NCBI GenBank assembly: GCA_048772705.1
Contig: JBLWGC010000148.1
Coordinates: forward strand, 1 to 24,686
Reading direction: 5' to 3'
Length of the DNA stretch: 24,686 nucleotides
From: Leidyana gryllorum EB-2025a
Taxonomy: Eukaryota > Protista > Apicomplexa
Shown here: positions 1 to 7,629 of the stretch, in pieces
Layout: every line of letters begins with the position of its first letter
Numbering within the stretch: position 1 is the first letter of the stretch
Translations under genes and position numbers: made by a program
Notes under the pieces: model-generated
Databases searched by the model: none
What the model was told of the DNA's origin: nothing
The model's input: the letters and a program-made list of their open reading frames with translations, nothing else

Positions 1-69
1 CGGACGTCGAATGGATAGCGCGTTGGACTTCTAATCCAAAGGTTGCGAGTTCGAGTCTCGCCGTAGGTA
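1..69 (+). tRNA. tRNA-Arg(TCT), 5' end truncated or garbled at window start
   Basis: Anticodon arm ttgga-cttctaa-tccaa; T arm gcgag-ttcgagt-ctcgc. Confidence 0.8.
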
Positions 70-133
70 ACCAAATGCTCAGCACTTTACTTCGATGATT
101 TGGCTGACTAGCTGCCTTCGCTGTGGAATGTTG

Positions 134-204
134 TCCACTGTAGTCTGAGTGGCTAGGATATGCGGCCTCACCCGCAAGCTCCGCGCTCAACTCCGGCAGT
201 GGAA
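134..204 (+). pseudogene. tRNA-Glu(CTC) pseudogene
   Basis: Paralog of 4937-5008 with an anticodon-loop deletion and a damaged T arm. Confidence 0.75.
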
Positions 205-292
205 GTCAGTGGTTGAAGTCAGTGGAATACTTGAGCAAAGTGCCCAGCAATCTCCGTCAATAGTGTCTGATTCGTGATCTTCGGCTTGCATT

Positions 293-337
293 GCCTTCTT
301 AGCTTAGGGGCAGAGCATTCGCTCAGTAAGCGAAAGG
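293..337 (+). pseudogene. tRNA-Thr(AGT) 5' fragment
   Basis: Matches the start of 7437-7508 and breaks off after the anticodon arm. Confidence 0.75.
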
Positions 338-424
338 CTTGACTGCATCGACTGGGCACCTGCAAAGCTTAAGTCTCTCAAGCTTCAATCATCTTAGCCC
401 AGCCTCGTAGTTCAGCCACCAGAG

Positions 425-550
425 GGTAAGTCTCTTAGCCACCAAGTCGCAGATTGGAACCTGCCAATACCTGAGGCGCGCACTAGCCCTGCAAGCGGTA
501 AGTCTCTTAGCCACGAACGCGCAGGTTTTTAACCTGCCAGTACCTGAGGC
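425..550. repeat. Two diverged tandem copies, period ~72 bp
   Basis: ggtaagtctcttagccac...aacctgcca(a/g)tacctgaggc at 425-477 and 497-550; partial taagtctct near 370. Confidence 0.8.
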
Positions 551-559
551 ACCCACAGC

Positions 560-633
560 GGGCTGTTTGATCTGGTGGTATGATCCTTCCTTAGGGTGGA
601 AAGAGTCCTGGGTTCGATTCCCAGAACAGCCCG
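560..633 (+). tRNA. tRNA-Pro(AGG), slightly degenerate
   Basis: gggctgt...ttcc-ttagggt-ggaa...ctggg-ttcgatt-cccag...acagccc. Confidence 0.8.
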
Positions 634-733
634 TCTGATAGTTGTTGACGCAACACGGCACTCGACCCATCCCGGACAACTAAGACGGGATCTGAGTTGT
701 TGACTCAACAGGCTGCAACCCGGCCATTCGTCC

Positions 734-806
734 AGACGCTACTGGGACTCGAACCCAGTATCCCCGGTTCCGAAGACCGATGCCATATCCATTAGGCCAT
801 AGCGCC
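734..806 (-). tRNA. tRNA-Arg(TCG)
   Basis: Reverse complement folds as a cloverleaf; anticodon loop cttcgga, T loop ttcgagt. Confidence 0.88.
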
Positions 807-1135
807 GACTAACGGAGCCGTCAAATGGAAGTGTGTAGCGATCCAGAGAGGACATGGGCAGCTACGCCCGATCGTGGGTTTGGACAGGCTTCACCTACAT
901 CTCCCATTCGAGACATCGGTGGACATACTATCCAAGCCAGGATTCGGGCCTGGGTATGCACGGCCACAACTTGCTGTTGTAAGCACTAGACGACCCGGAC
1001 GATCTTCAAGTGAGGCTGGTATGTCGGCGTGACCAAGTGAGTGGATCTCTGATACAAATTCGGACTTAGTAACCAATTCCATTTGTATTGATCGTGGAAT
1101 CCTGTGCCTTCCTGGGGTACGGGGCGAGCTCCCTT

Positions 1136-1200
1136 GCCGCTCCAACTCCGTCGGTAGAGCGCAAGACTTTTGAAGGGAGAACCGCGGGTTCGGGAGGCGC
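1136..1200 (+). pseudogene. Degenerate tRNA-Lys(TTT)-like relic
   Basis: gtcggtagagcgcaagactttt...gcgggttcg; stems disrupted. Confidence 0.45.
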
Positions 1201-1270
1201 GAGCAGTCCTAGTAAAGCTACGCTGAATCGTATGTGAAGCCACTGGCCGCAAAATGCCAAGTTCGACAGC

Positions 1271-1353
1271 GGCAACTTGCCCGAGTGGTTAAGGGGAGAA
1301 GATTTGATCTCTACAGGGCCTGGGCCGGGCTGGTGCAGATCCAGCAGTTGTCG
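1271..1353 (+). pseudogene. Degenerate tRNA-Ser-like gene (long variable arm)
   Basis: Acceptor ggcaact/agttgtc, D arm gcccgagtggttaagggg, T stem gctgg/ccagc with a mutated loop. Confidence 0.6.
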
Positions 1354-1429
1354 TGCGATGTGATCGGAGGGGTCAGACACCAACTCAAGCGTGAATCCTT
1401 GGAATGGTGGGAAAACCAACTGTGTTTTC

Positions 1430-1500
1430 TGCATCTGCCGGGAATCGAACCCGGGTCGTCTCGATGGCAACGAGACATTCTACCACTAGACCACAGATGC
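1430..1500 (-). tRNA. tRNA-Gly(GCC)
   Basis: Intact cloverleaf; anticodon arm tctcg-ttgccat-cgaga. Confidence 0.93.
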
Positions 1501-1620
1501 ATAATATCTTGTTGAGCTAGCCGCCCGCTGTGCAGACCTCATATCATTCCGTGGTTTTCGCCCCTCATCAGACACCTGTTTCCAAAGACACACGCCCCTT
1601 TCACAGTCCGAAAGCTCCGC

Positions 1621-1693
1621 GCAGCCATGGTCTAGTGGTTACGACGTCTGCTTCACACGCAGAAGGTCCCGAGTTCGATCCTCGGTGGCTGTA
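1621..1693 (+). tRNA. tRNA-Val(CAC)
   Basis: tctgc-ttcacac-gcaga; T arm ccgag-ttcgatc-ctcgg. Confidence 0.92.
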
Positions 1694-1746
1694 GCTCGCA
1701 ACTTTATCTGAGCACCACGAAATCTGAAGCGGAAAAACGAACTGTG

Positions 1747-1817
1747 CTCCGAGACCGGGAATCGACCCTGGTCTTCCGCGTGATAGGCAGAAATCCTAAC
1801 CGCTATACTATCTCGGA
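1747..1817 (-). pseudogene. tRNA-Asp-derived pseudogene, anticodon ATC
   Basis: Paralog of 3068-3139 with G34>A and a damaged T arm. Confidence 0.8.
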
Positions 1818-1911
1818 CGCTCTCGATACGCCGGCCTCCATCCCCAGAAGTTCTTCCATTTTGAGATTCCACGGATAGAAAACGCGTGGGGCGGTGAGCC
1901 AACAACATTTC

Positions 1912-1991
1912 GGCAAGATGGCCGAGTGGTCTAAGGCGCTGTGTTAAGGCCGCAGTCCGAAAGGGCGTGGGTTCGAATCCCACTCTTGTCA
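1912..1991 (+). tRNA. tRNA-Leu(AAG)
   Basis: ctgtg-ttaaggc-cgcag, long variable arm, gtggg-ttcgaat-cccac. Confidence 0.93.
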
Positions 1992-2058
1992 ACCGTTGTA
2001 TTGTATTGAGTCGTCCCCTCTCTTCACCGATAGACAGGTCGTTCGACCTACATACAGC

Positions 2059-2129
2059 TGCACCTGCCGGGACTCGAACCCGGGTTACGACCTTGGAAGG
2101 GTCGCATCTTACCCTTAGACCACAAGTGC
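2059..2129 (-). tRNA. tRNA-Gly(TCC)
   Basis: Reverse complement: cgacc-cttccaa-ggtcg, ccggg-ttcgagt-cccgg. Confidence 0.9.
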
Positions 2130-2256
2130 AATTGCGAAAGATCTGCAGCACCCCGAGACACTCGGGCGATTTCTGCGCGCCACCGTCCGCCATACACCCT
2201 CATTGGCATGTGGTCAGGGATGAATTTCCAACATCTTCAACCTTCAGGTCATCTTT

Positions 2257-2322
2257 AGGGCACGCGCGGAGTTGGACCACGGTGATCTGCAGTCAGCTGC
2301 TCTACCACTGAGCTACGTACCC
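2257..2322 (-). pseudogene. tRNA-Cys(GCA) pseudogene
   Basis: gggtacgtagctcagtggtagagcagctgactgcagatca..., with an internal deletion before the T arm. Confidence 0.75.
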
Positions 2323-2418
2323 ACAAACTACCCGTCATACTTGCTCAACTCGATTCTGTCTTCTCATTTGAAGCAAAACGGCCGTTATTGTGCACGAGCT
2401 TGAACAACAACGAGTCAT

Positions 2419-2489
2419 GCATCTGTGGTCTAGGGGTAGAATGTGTCGTTGCCACCGAGACGACCCAGGTACGATTCCCGGCAGACGCA
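2419..2489 (+). pseudogene. tRNA-Gly(GCC) degenerate copy
   Basis: Paralog of 1430-1500 with several substitutions, including the T loop (tacg). Confidence 0.8.
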
Positions 2490-2612
2490 GGAGGCACGCC
2501 TCAAACAGCCGTGGCAGATTGACAGAGACGCTGACAAGCTTCGGCACGAGGCCCGACCAGGGGGCTGTTTGGTCTGCAGGTATGATTTTTCCTCGCTTGG
2601 AAGAACATTGCA

Positions 2613-2691
2613 GGTCTTGTAGCTCAGTCGGCAAAGCGTGTAGCTGTTTACCACAAAGTCGCAGTCTCGAAGCCTAGCGGTGCCGGGAGCT
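2613..2691 (+). pseudogene. tRNA-Asn(GTT) pseudogene
   Basis: tagctcagtcggcaaagcgtgtag-ctgttta-ccaca; T arm scrambled. A related, more decayed inverted copy lies at ~3698-3760. Confidence 0.6.
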
Positions 2692-2760
2692 GCGATATGC
2701 GACGCTCTGTTAGAGGTCGCAACTCTGTATTTAACTACCGACAGGTCGCCCTACCGAGTT

Positions 2761-2833
2761 TGGACGACCTGGGTATCGATCCCAGTACCTCTCGCATGCA
2801 AAGCGAGCGCTCTACCATCTGAGCTAGCCGCCC
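2761..2833 (-). tRNA. tRNA-Ala(TGC)
   Basis: Intact; ctcgc-tttgcat-gcgag, G3:U70 pair, atcgata T loop as in eukaryotic tRNA-Ala. Confidence 0.93.
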
Positions 2834-2893
2834 ATCCGCTCTACATGGAAAACCTTCTGCATCCAGTGGCTGACCGAGTGCCGATACAACGGC

Positions 2894-2973
2894 TGACAAG
2901 AGTGGGATTCGAACCCACGCCCTTTCGGACTGCGGCCTTAACACAGCGCCTTAGACCACTCGGCCATCTTGCC
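2894..2973 (-). tRNA. tRNA-Leu(AAG)
   Basis: Same sequence as 1912-1991, inverted. Confidence 0.93.
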
Positions 2974-3067
2974 GAAGTGTTCTTGGCTCGCCACTTTACA
3001 CGTTTTCTGTTGGTGAAGTCTCGAGAAGGGAGGACTTTTGGGGTTTCAGGCCGGTGTGTTCGGAGCG

Positions 3068-3139
3068 TCCGAGATAGTATAGTGGTTAGTATTTCCGCCT
3101 GTCACGCGGAAGACCCGGGTTCGATTCCCGGTCTAGGAG
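3068..3139 (+). tRNA. tRNA-Asp(GTC)
   Basis: tccgc-ctgtcac-gcgga; one acceptor-stem mismatch that is absent from the mirror copy. Confidence 0.88.
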
Positions 3140-3217
3140 CACAGTTGATCTCAGCTTAAGATTGTCTTCTTGCATTGCTTTTGGTGCTTAGTAAGCGAGC
3201 CGCTGAAAGTTGCGAGC

Positions 3218-3268
3218 TACAGTCACCGAGGATCGAACTCGGAACCTTCTGCGTGTTAAGCAGACGTC
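3218..3268 (-). pseudogene. tRNA-Val(AAC) 3' fragment
   Basis: Anticodon arm to 3' end only, within a mosaic block. Confidence 0.7.
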
Positions 3269-3352
3269 TTGAGATGTTAATTGTAAAGTGTCGACGCGGT
3301 GGCTGTGTTACTTCTAAAACTGCTTATCCCATCGGGTCAACCGACAACCCAG

Positions 3353-3426
3353 AGGGCTGTTCTGGGAATCAAACCCAGGACTCCTTCCACCCTAAGGAAG
3401 GATCATACCACTAGACCAAACAGCCG
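3353..3426 (-). pseudogene. tRNA-Pro(AGG), degenerate
   Basis: Paralog of 560-633 with T loop tttgatt and G1 changed. Confidence 0.75.
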
Positions 3427-3513
3427 CCTGTCGGTCGTGCAACCCGCTGGGTACACTCGAGAGAGTGGTCATACTATGTGAAGTACCACTAAATGCGATG
3501 GGGTCTGCACAGC

Positions 3514-3586
3514 GGGGGACTAGCTCAAATGGTGAAGCGCTCGCTTAGCGTGCAAGAGGTACTGGGATCAATGCCCAGGTCGTCCA
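3514..3586 (+). pseudogene. tRNA-Ala(AGC), degenerate
   Basis: ctcgc-ttagcgt-gcaag; several stem mismatches. Confidence 0.75.
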
Positions 3587-3863
3587 AAGTTTGTAGTGCT
3601 GCAACTGGCGCTATTTGACTACAGAGTTGAGAGCTTTGAGGGTGCCCTGTAGCCCTTAGATGGACTTGGGCACCGCAGTATGTGTGAAGGTTGCCTCAGA
3701 GACCGGATCTGCGAGTTTGTATTTTACAACCACACGCTCTGCCGACTAAGGTACAAGAGCCAGTTCCAATATCTCAGAGGTTAGTAGAGATACGCGTGTT
3801 GCAAGTGTCCGGTTGAGGGCTAGTCCGGAGGCTCTACCAACTCTTTTTGTGAAGGAGTGAATG

Positions 3864-3935
3864 GGCTGCGTGGTGTAGTGGTTAGCACTGGAGACTTTGA
3901 ATCTCCCGATCTGGGTTCGATTCCCGGCGCGACCT
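3864..3935 (+). tRNA. tRNA-Gln(TTG)
   Basis: ggaga-ctttgaa-tctcc; ttcgatt T loop; one acceptor mismatch. Confidence 0.85.
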
Positions 3936-3998
3936 CACAACTAATTCTCACTGCTTTGTGAAACCTCACCACTCCTCTTGATCTGCGGGACCTTCCGT

Positions 3999-4070
3999 GC
4001 AGCCATGGTCTAGTGGTCACGACGTCTGTTAACACGCAGAAGGTCCCGAGTTCGATCTTCGGTGGCTGTA
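3999..4070 (+). pseudogene. tRNA-Val(AAC) with a 1-nt deletion in the anticodon stem
   Basis: Paralog of 1621-1693; tctg-ttaacac-gcaga. Confidence 0.8.
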
Positions 4071-4123
4071 ACTCGCGTTTGTCAGGCGAGCACCACGAAA
4101 TCTAAAGCGGAAGAACGAAGTGT

Positions 4124-4195
4124 CTCCGAGACCGGTAATCGAACCCGGGTCTTCCGAGTGACAGGCGGAAATACTAAGCACTATACTATCTCGGA
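4124..4195 (-). pseudogene. tRNA-Asp(GTC), degenerate
   Basis: Paralog of 3068-3139 with D-loop, anticodon-stem and T-stem substitutions. Confidence 0.8.
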
Positions 4196-4290
4196 CGCTC
4201 GTGGATACCCCGGCCTTCAACCCCAAAAGTCCTCCCTTCTCGAGACTTCACGGACAGAAAGCGTGTAAAGTGGCGAGCCAAGGGCACTCC

Positions 4291-4370
4291 GGCAAGATGG
4301 CCGAGTGGTCCAAGGCGCTGTGTTAAGGCCGCAGTCCGAAAGGGCGTGGGTTCGAATCCCACTCTTGTCA
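4291..4370 (+). tRNA. tRNA-Leu(AAG)
   Basis: One D-loop difference from 1912-1991. Confidence 0.9.
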
Positions 4371-4424
4371 GCCGTTGTATCGGCCCTCGGTCAGTCACTG
4401 CATCCAATAGGTCTTCCATGTAGT

Positions 4425-4467
4425 GCGCATGCTAAGCGAGTGCTCTACCATTTGAGCTAGTTGTCCC
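4425..4467 (-). pseudogene. tRNA-Ala(AGC) 5' half
   Basis: Reverse complement gggacaactagctcaaatggtagagcactcgcttagcatgcg, then truncated. Confidence 0.7.
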
Positions 4468-4546
4468 TTGTGCACACTCCATCGCATTTGTTGGTTCTCA
4501 ACATAGTATGTCTCAACTGTCCTCAGCGGGTTGCACGACCAACAGG

Positions 4547-4620
4547 CGGCAGTTTGGTCTAGTGGTACGATCCTTCCTTAGTGTGGAAGGAGTCCCGGGT
4601 TCGATTCCAAGAACAGCCCT
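4547..4620 (+). pseudogene. tRNA-Pro body with anticodon mutated to AGT
   Basis: cttcc-ttagtgt-ggaag; T stem disrupted. Confidence 0.75.
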
Positions 4621-4936
4621 CTTGGTTGTCGGTTGACCCGATGGGATAAGCAGTTTTTAGAACCAATACAGCCACCTCGTTAGCCCACTTCGGTAGGGCA
4701 GTCTGCACCCTACTAAAAAACGGAGTGTTCGGGAATCGAATAGAGCACTTCCTCCAAGTGGAGGAAAATTATATCACAAGCACTTCAACTCGACATGCGC
4801 AGCAGTGGCCCCCATACAGCTAGCAAGCTTGCCTCGGTCGAAACGGAACGTCTTCCGCGTGCGAGGCTATGATGCGGATGGCCATATCCATTAGGCCACC
4901 GCACCATAGACAAGCTTTGGTCATCTCGGGAGCTTG

Positions 4937-5008
4937 TCCACTGTAGTCTAAGTGGTTAGGATATGCGGCTCTCACCCGCATGATCCGGGTTCAATCCCGG
5001 CAGTGGAA
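4937..5008 (+). tRNA. tRNA-Glu(CTC), T arm 1 nt short
   Basis: tccactg/cagtgga acceptor; tgcgg-ctctcac-ccgca. Confidence 0.8.
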
Positions 5009-5069
5009 GTCATTGGACCATTCGAGCAAAGTGCTCCAGTAACCTCCGTCAATAGTGACTGACTCGTGA

Positions 5070-5534
5070 GGCTGGCCACTGGCCGAGGCTGTCCTGGTCG
5101 TGGTTGGCCACATGCAACAACGCAAACAAGAGGCATACATCACCATTAGCCGCCTTCTCTACTCCGGGCCATACACTCTTCAGCGATGCGGTCTTAATCG
5201 GAAGAACTCGCTCGTCACTCAATGTACACAAGCAGATCCAATGAATTCTGCAACCCTGACCGATGCATGGGCAGCCCTTGTTTTCGCGGAGGAGTGGCCT
5301 CGAAGAAAGATCAGAGTTGCCCTTCCATCTCAAGATGCTTCGTGTCGGACAGATAGCCGCCAACTCCTCGAGATGATTTGACCGATCCGGTATGGTGAGC
5401 TCGACCTGCTTAGCTTCCTTCAACTTCCGGCTCTGCACCCAGAGCACCAGCCTTTTGCTGCCATCATTCGGAAAGATTTTAAACCCGCCCTGCATTCAGG
5501 ATTATGTCCTCATTTCCGAAGATTGAGCGAATGA
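5070..5534 (+). pseudogene. 5'-truncated reading frame open from the element boundary, one internal TGA
   Basis: Frame of ORF 5100-5381 is open from 5070 (GWPLAEAVLVV...) and continues 50 codons past TGA 5379-5381. Confidence 0.4.
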
Positions 5535-7248
5535 CAGTCAGTGTCAAGGGCTGGGGCTCGGCTGAAGGTGTGAAGTTCATCTGGACTCCCACGCCGAAAT
5601 GCTTGCCCCCTATCACAATCCACTGCGTAGACGATGAGATGTACATACAAAGCTGTATGAACTCCACGTGTGCGACTGAGTGGAGTTTCGGTTCCAGTGG
5701 GCCACCCTTCAACCACGTTTACTGCCGTACATCTCAGCCACATGCATTTGAGTCCGCCGAAGAGCCAAACACTTATTGTTCAGGATTTCTAATACTGCGA
5801 AGCAACGGCCACACATGGGTTAAAACGGCATTGCAGAGTGCCCAAAGCGCGTACAAAACGTGGTATACCAATGGGAGTGTTCTCCTGCTCGTCGAGGCCA
5901 TGTACTGGATGCGAACCACACAGATGGCGGAACTCCTCAATAAGATCCCTCCCTACCTGCGCATACTCGGCGTTTCACAACCCCGCATAAGCTTACATCC
6001 CGTCTGCATCCCACGCAATTGGCCTGCGAACTGCATTGCGATTTTCGTTGGTCTTCAACGATTCGATACCCATCCTGAACGACACAATATTACGGATCAT
6101 CTCGCCCCAGTACTCAAGAAGATGGAGAGTCTAGTCTGCCCCGACGCGTCTCAGCCAGAAACGGAGTTGACGAGTACCATGCCAGAAGACTGTGTCCCTA
6201 CAGTTCCCCCACCAGCCCTAAACGATGCCCCTAGATCACACCTCTCATTGACCATTCCTCGTTTGATGCCCTGCCTACCACAATCCTCTACATTGCACCG
6301 CATAACTACTGTTGCGATGAATGTTCTGATGCAGAAAGCGCGGGAAATTAGTGACCCCTCCAGGCGCTTCTCAATCGGACTGCACATAGTACATCCATTC
6401 CCGCACAGGGAATTACCACTTTACCAGGACCAGTCGGCAATGGACATCGTCGCACTGGTCGCTAATGACCTAGAGAAAAGTATCGGAGGCGTGGACCCCG
6501 AATTCGATCTCTGCAAAGCCTCGCGTTTCCGTTTCTGGGTGGCGTACCCAATCTTCTGGCGCCTAATCAGCACTGCCACTGCCGCGTGCCTCAGGTGAGC
6601 TTCGATTGTGGAATTCGTAATGATCATTTTCACAGCTCACTGCGGACCCCACGAAAGATACAAGGCAAAGTCTTTCAACAATGCTTGGTCTGCGGGGGAG
6701 ATCGTTTGGTTTCGAAGGCGGGACTCCCGCCGTCTAAGCTTCCTCGATATTGTCTCTGTGGTTTCAAGTGGCCCTCAGTCGACGACACCCGAATAAGGCG
6801 ATATATGGAGGCGAAGGAAGAGGAACTCCGTCAACTACGAGAAGTTGACATGTTGGCGTGCGTCCGTGGAGGTCTAACTTATTGGGTTGAAGACCTCTGC
6901 GGCGCCAAACTGAATGGTCGCGACGCGGAGTCAGTATGGACCGAGCTGACTGATGACCACTTGGTGCCTCCTCCTCCGCCCTACACGCCGACTCGGGCAG
7001 AGAGACAGAGTTTGGTGGTGATCAGAGGAGCTGGGAAGCTTGGCGCCATGTGCCAGCTTCTAAGGTACTTAGCCCCAGGGGCGACCTTCATAGAGCTGCG
7101 CGAGCTAGCAAAGGCTTGTGGGCGGTGTGGAGTGGGCGACTTCGCCTCTGCGAATAGGCCTTGTGGCTTTTGTGGCGGTTGGGAAAAGGTAGTGACGACA
7201 GATGAGTCGGCGCAGACAACCAGAGCGAGAATAGCGCAGTGGAGCTGA
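5504..7248 (+). CDS. Hypothetical ~567-aa protein with C-terminal Cys clusters; exons 5504-6594 and 6636-7248
   Basis: The two longest ORFs of the arm (364 and 220 aa) fuse in frame on removing AG|GTGAGC...TTTTCACAG| (6595-6635). Motifs CLVC, CLC, CGRC, CGFC. Confidence 0.65.
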
Positions 7249-7295
7249 ACGAAACAATATGACAACACTCTATCCGACAGCACGTCGCACGATAC

Positions 7296-7374
7296 AGCTT
7301 ACGGTAAGGCCTACGGTACGTCTTACGGGCCGTAACCCTGACCGTAAGACGTACCGTAAGCCTTACCGTAAGCT
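7296..7374. repeat. 33-bp-stem hairpin made of 12-bp-periodic (T/C)TACGG and CCGTAA motifs
   Basis: 7296-7328 pairs with 7342-7374 with one mismatch; 13-nt loop. Confidence 0.92.
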
Positions 7375-7436
7375 ATATTTTGCCACGGTACTGTCTCCTG
7401 GCTAATCTACGGGACTCGTGATCTTTGGCTTGCATT

Positions 7437-7508
7437 GCCTTCTTAGCTTAGGGGCAGAGCATTCGCTTAGTAAGCGAAAGGTCGCCGGTTCGATTCCGGC
7501 AGAAGGCT
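7437..7508 (+). tRNA. tRNA-Thr(AGT)
   Basis: gccttct/agaaggc acceptor; ttcgc-ttagtaa-gcgaa; gccgg-ttcgatt-ccggc. Confidence 0.92.
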
Positions 7509-7557
7509 TTGGTCACGACCCAATCAATTCTATAGCTGTTTCCCTCCTGCCCACACG

Positions 7558-7629
7558 TAGCAGTGCGTCGTTTCGATCGACGGACCTTTGGGTTTTGAGC
7601 CCAACACTCTTCCACTGAGCTACACTGCT
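7558..7629 (-). tRNA. Initiator tRNA-Met body with anticodon CAA
   Basis: A1:U72, GGG/CCC anticodon stem, atcgaaa T loop; loop ctcaaaa (anticodon at 7595-7597). Confidence 0.88.

Larger units (their letters stand above)
5070..7412 (+). mobile_element. Unclassified 2343-bp insertion with 9-bp target-site duplication
   Basis: gactcgtga at 5061-5069 and 7413-7421. Empty paralogous sites at 269-277 and 22817-22825 join the two flanks directly. Confidence 0.85.

Noticed and set aside
533-542. cctgccagta match to the 5' end of 18S rRNA
   Set aside because: Only 10 nt with no flanking similarity; it is part of the local tandem repeat.
425-550. CRISPR-like repeat-spacer pattern (also considered for 7296-7374 and 12256-12612)
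   Set aside because: Only two diverged units, no unique spacers of regular length, no cas genes, and a eukaryotic context.
810-1130. snRNA, 7SL or 5S gene divergent from tRNA-Arg, as in trypanosomatid clusters
   Set aside because: I could not recognise U2, U6, SRP or 5S motifs; an Rfam scan would be needed.
389-4419. Many 60-184 aa ORFs (and their mirrors at 21377-24453)
   Set aside because: They overlap tRNA genes, and their translations (GFEPT, GSIPG, GIEP) are typical tRNA shadow peptides.
4720-4905. Additional tRNA genes (Pro-TGG-like, Arg/Asp chimera); also 2562-2605 and 1513-1526
   Set aside because: Only short tRNA-like fragments with no foldable cloverleaf, so not annotated individually.
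1430-5008. Systematic absence of Pol III oligo-T terminators
   Set aside because: Mixed picture: several genes (Asp, Gly-GCC, Pro) have T4-T5 runs within ~35 nt downstream.
5477-5484. TTTAAAC -1 frameshift heptamer linking the 5070 frame to the 364-aa ORF
   Set aside because: It is out of phase with the upstream frame, and a -1 slip there would place TAA (5480-5482) in the A site.
5070-7412. Classification as Mutator (9-bp TSD) or Helitron (3' hairpin)
   Set aside because: There are no TIRs or DDE motif for Mutator; Helitrons make no TSD and end in CTRR, which is absent.
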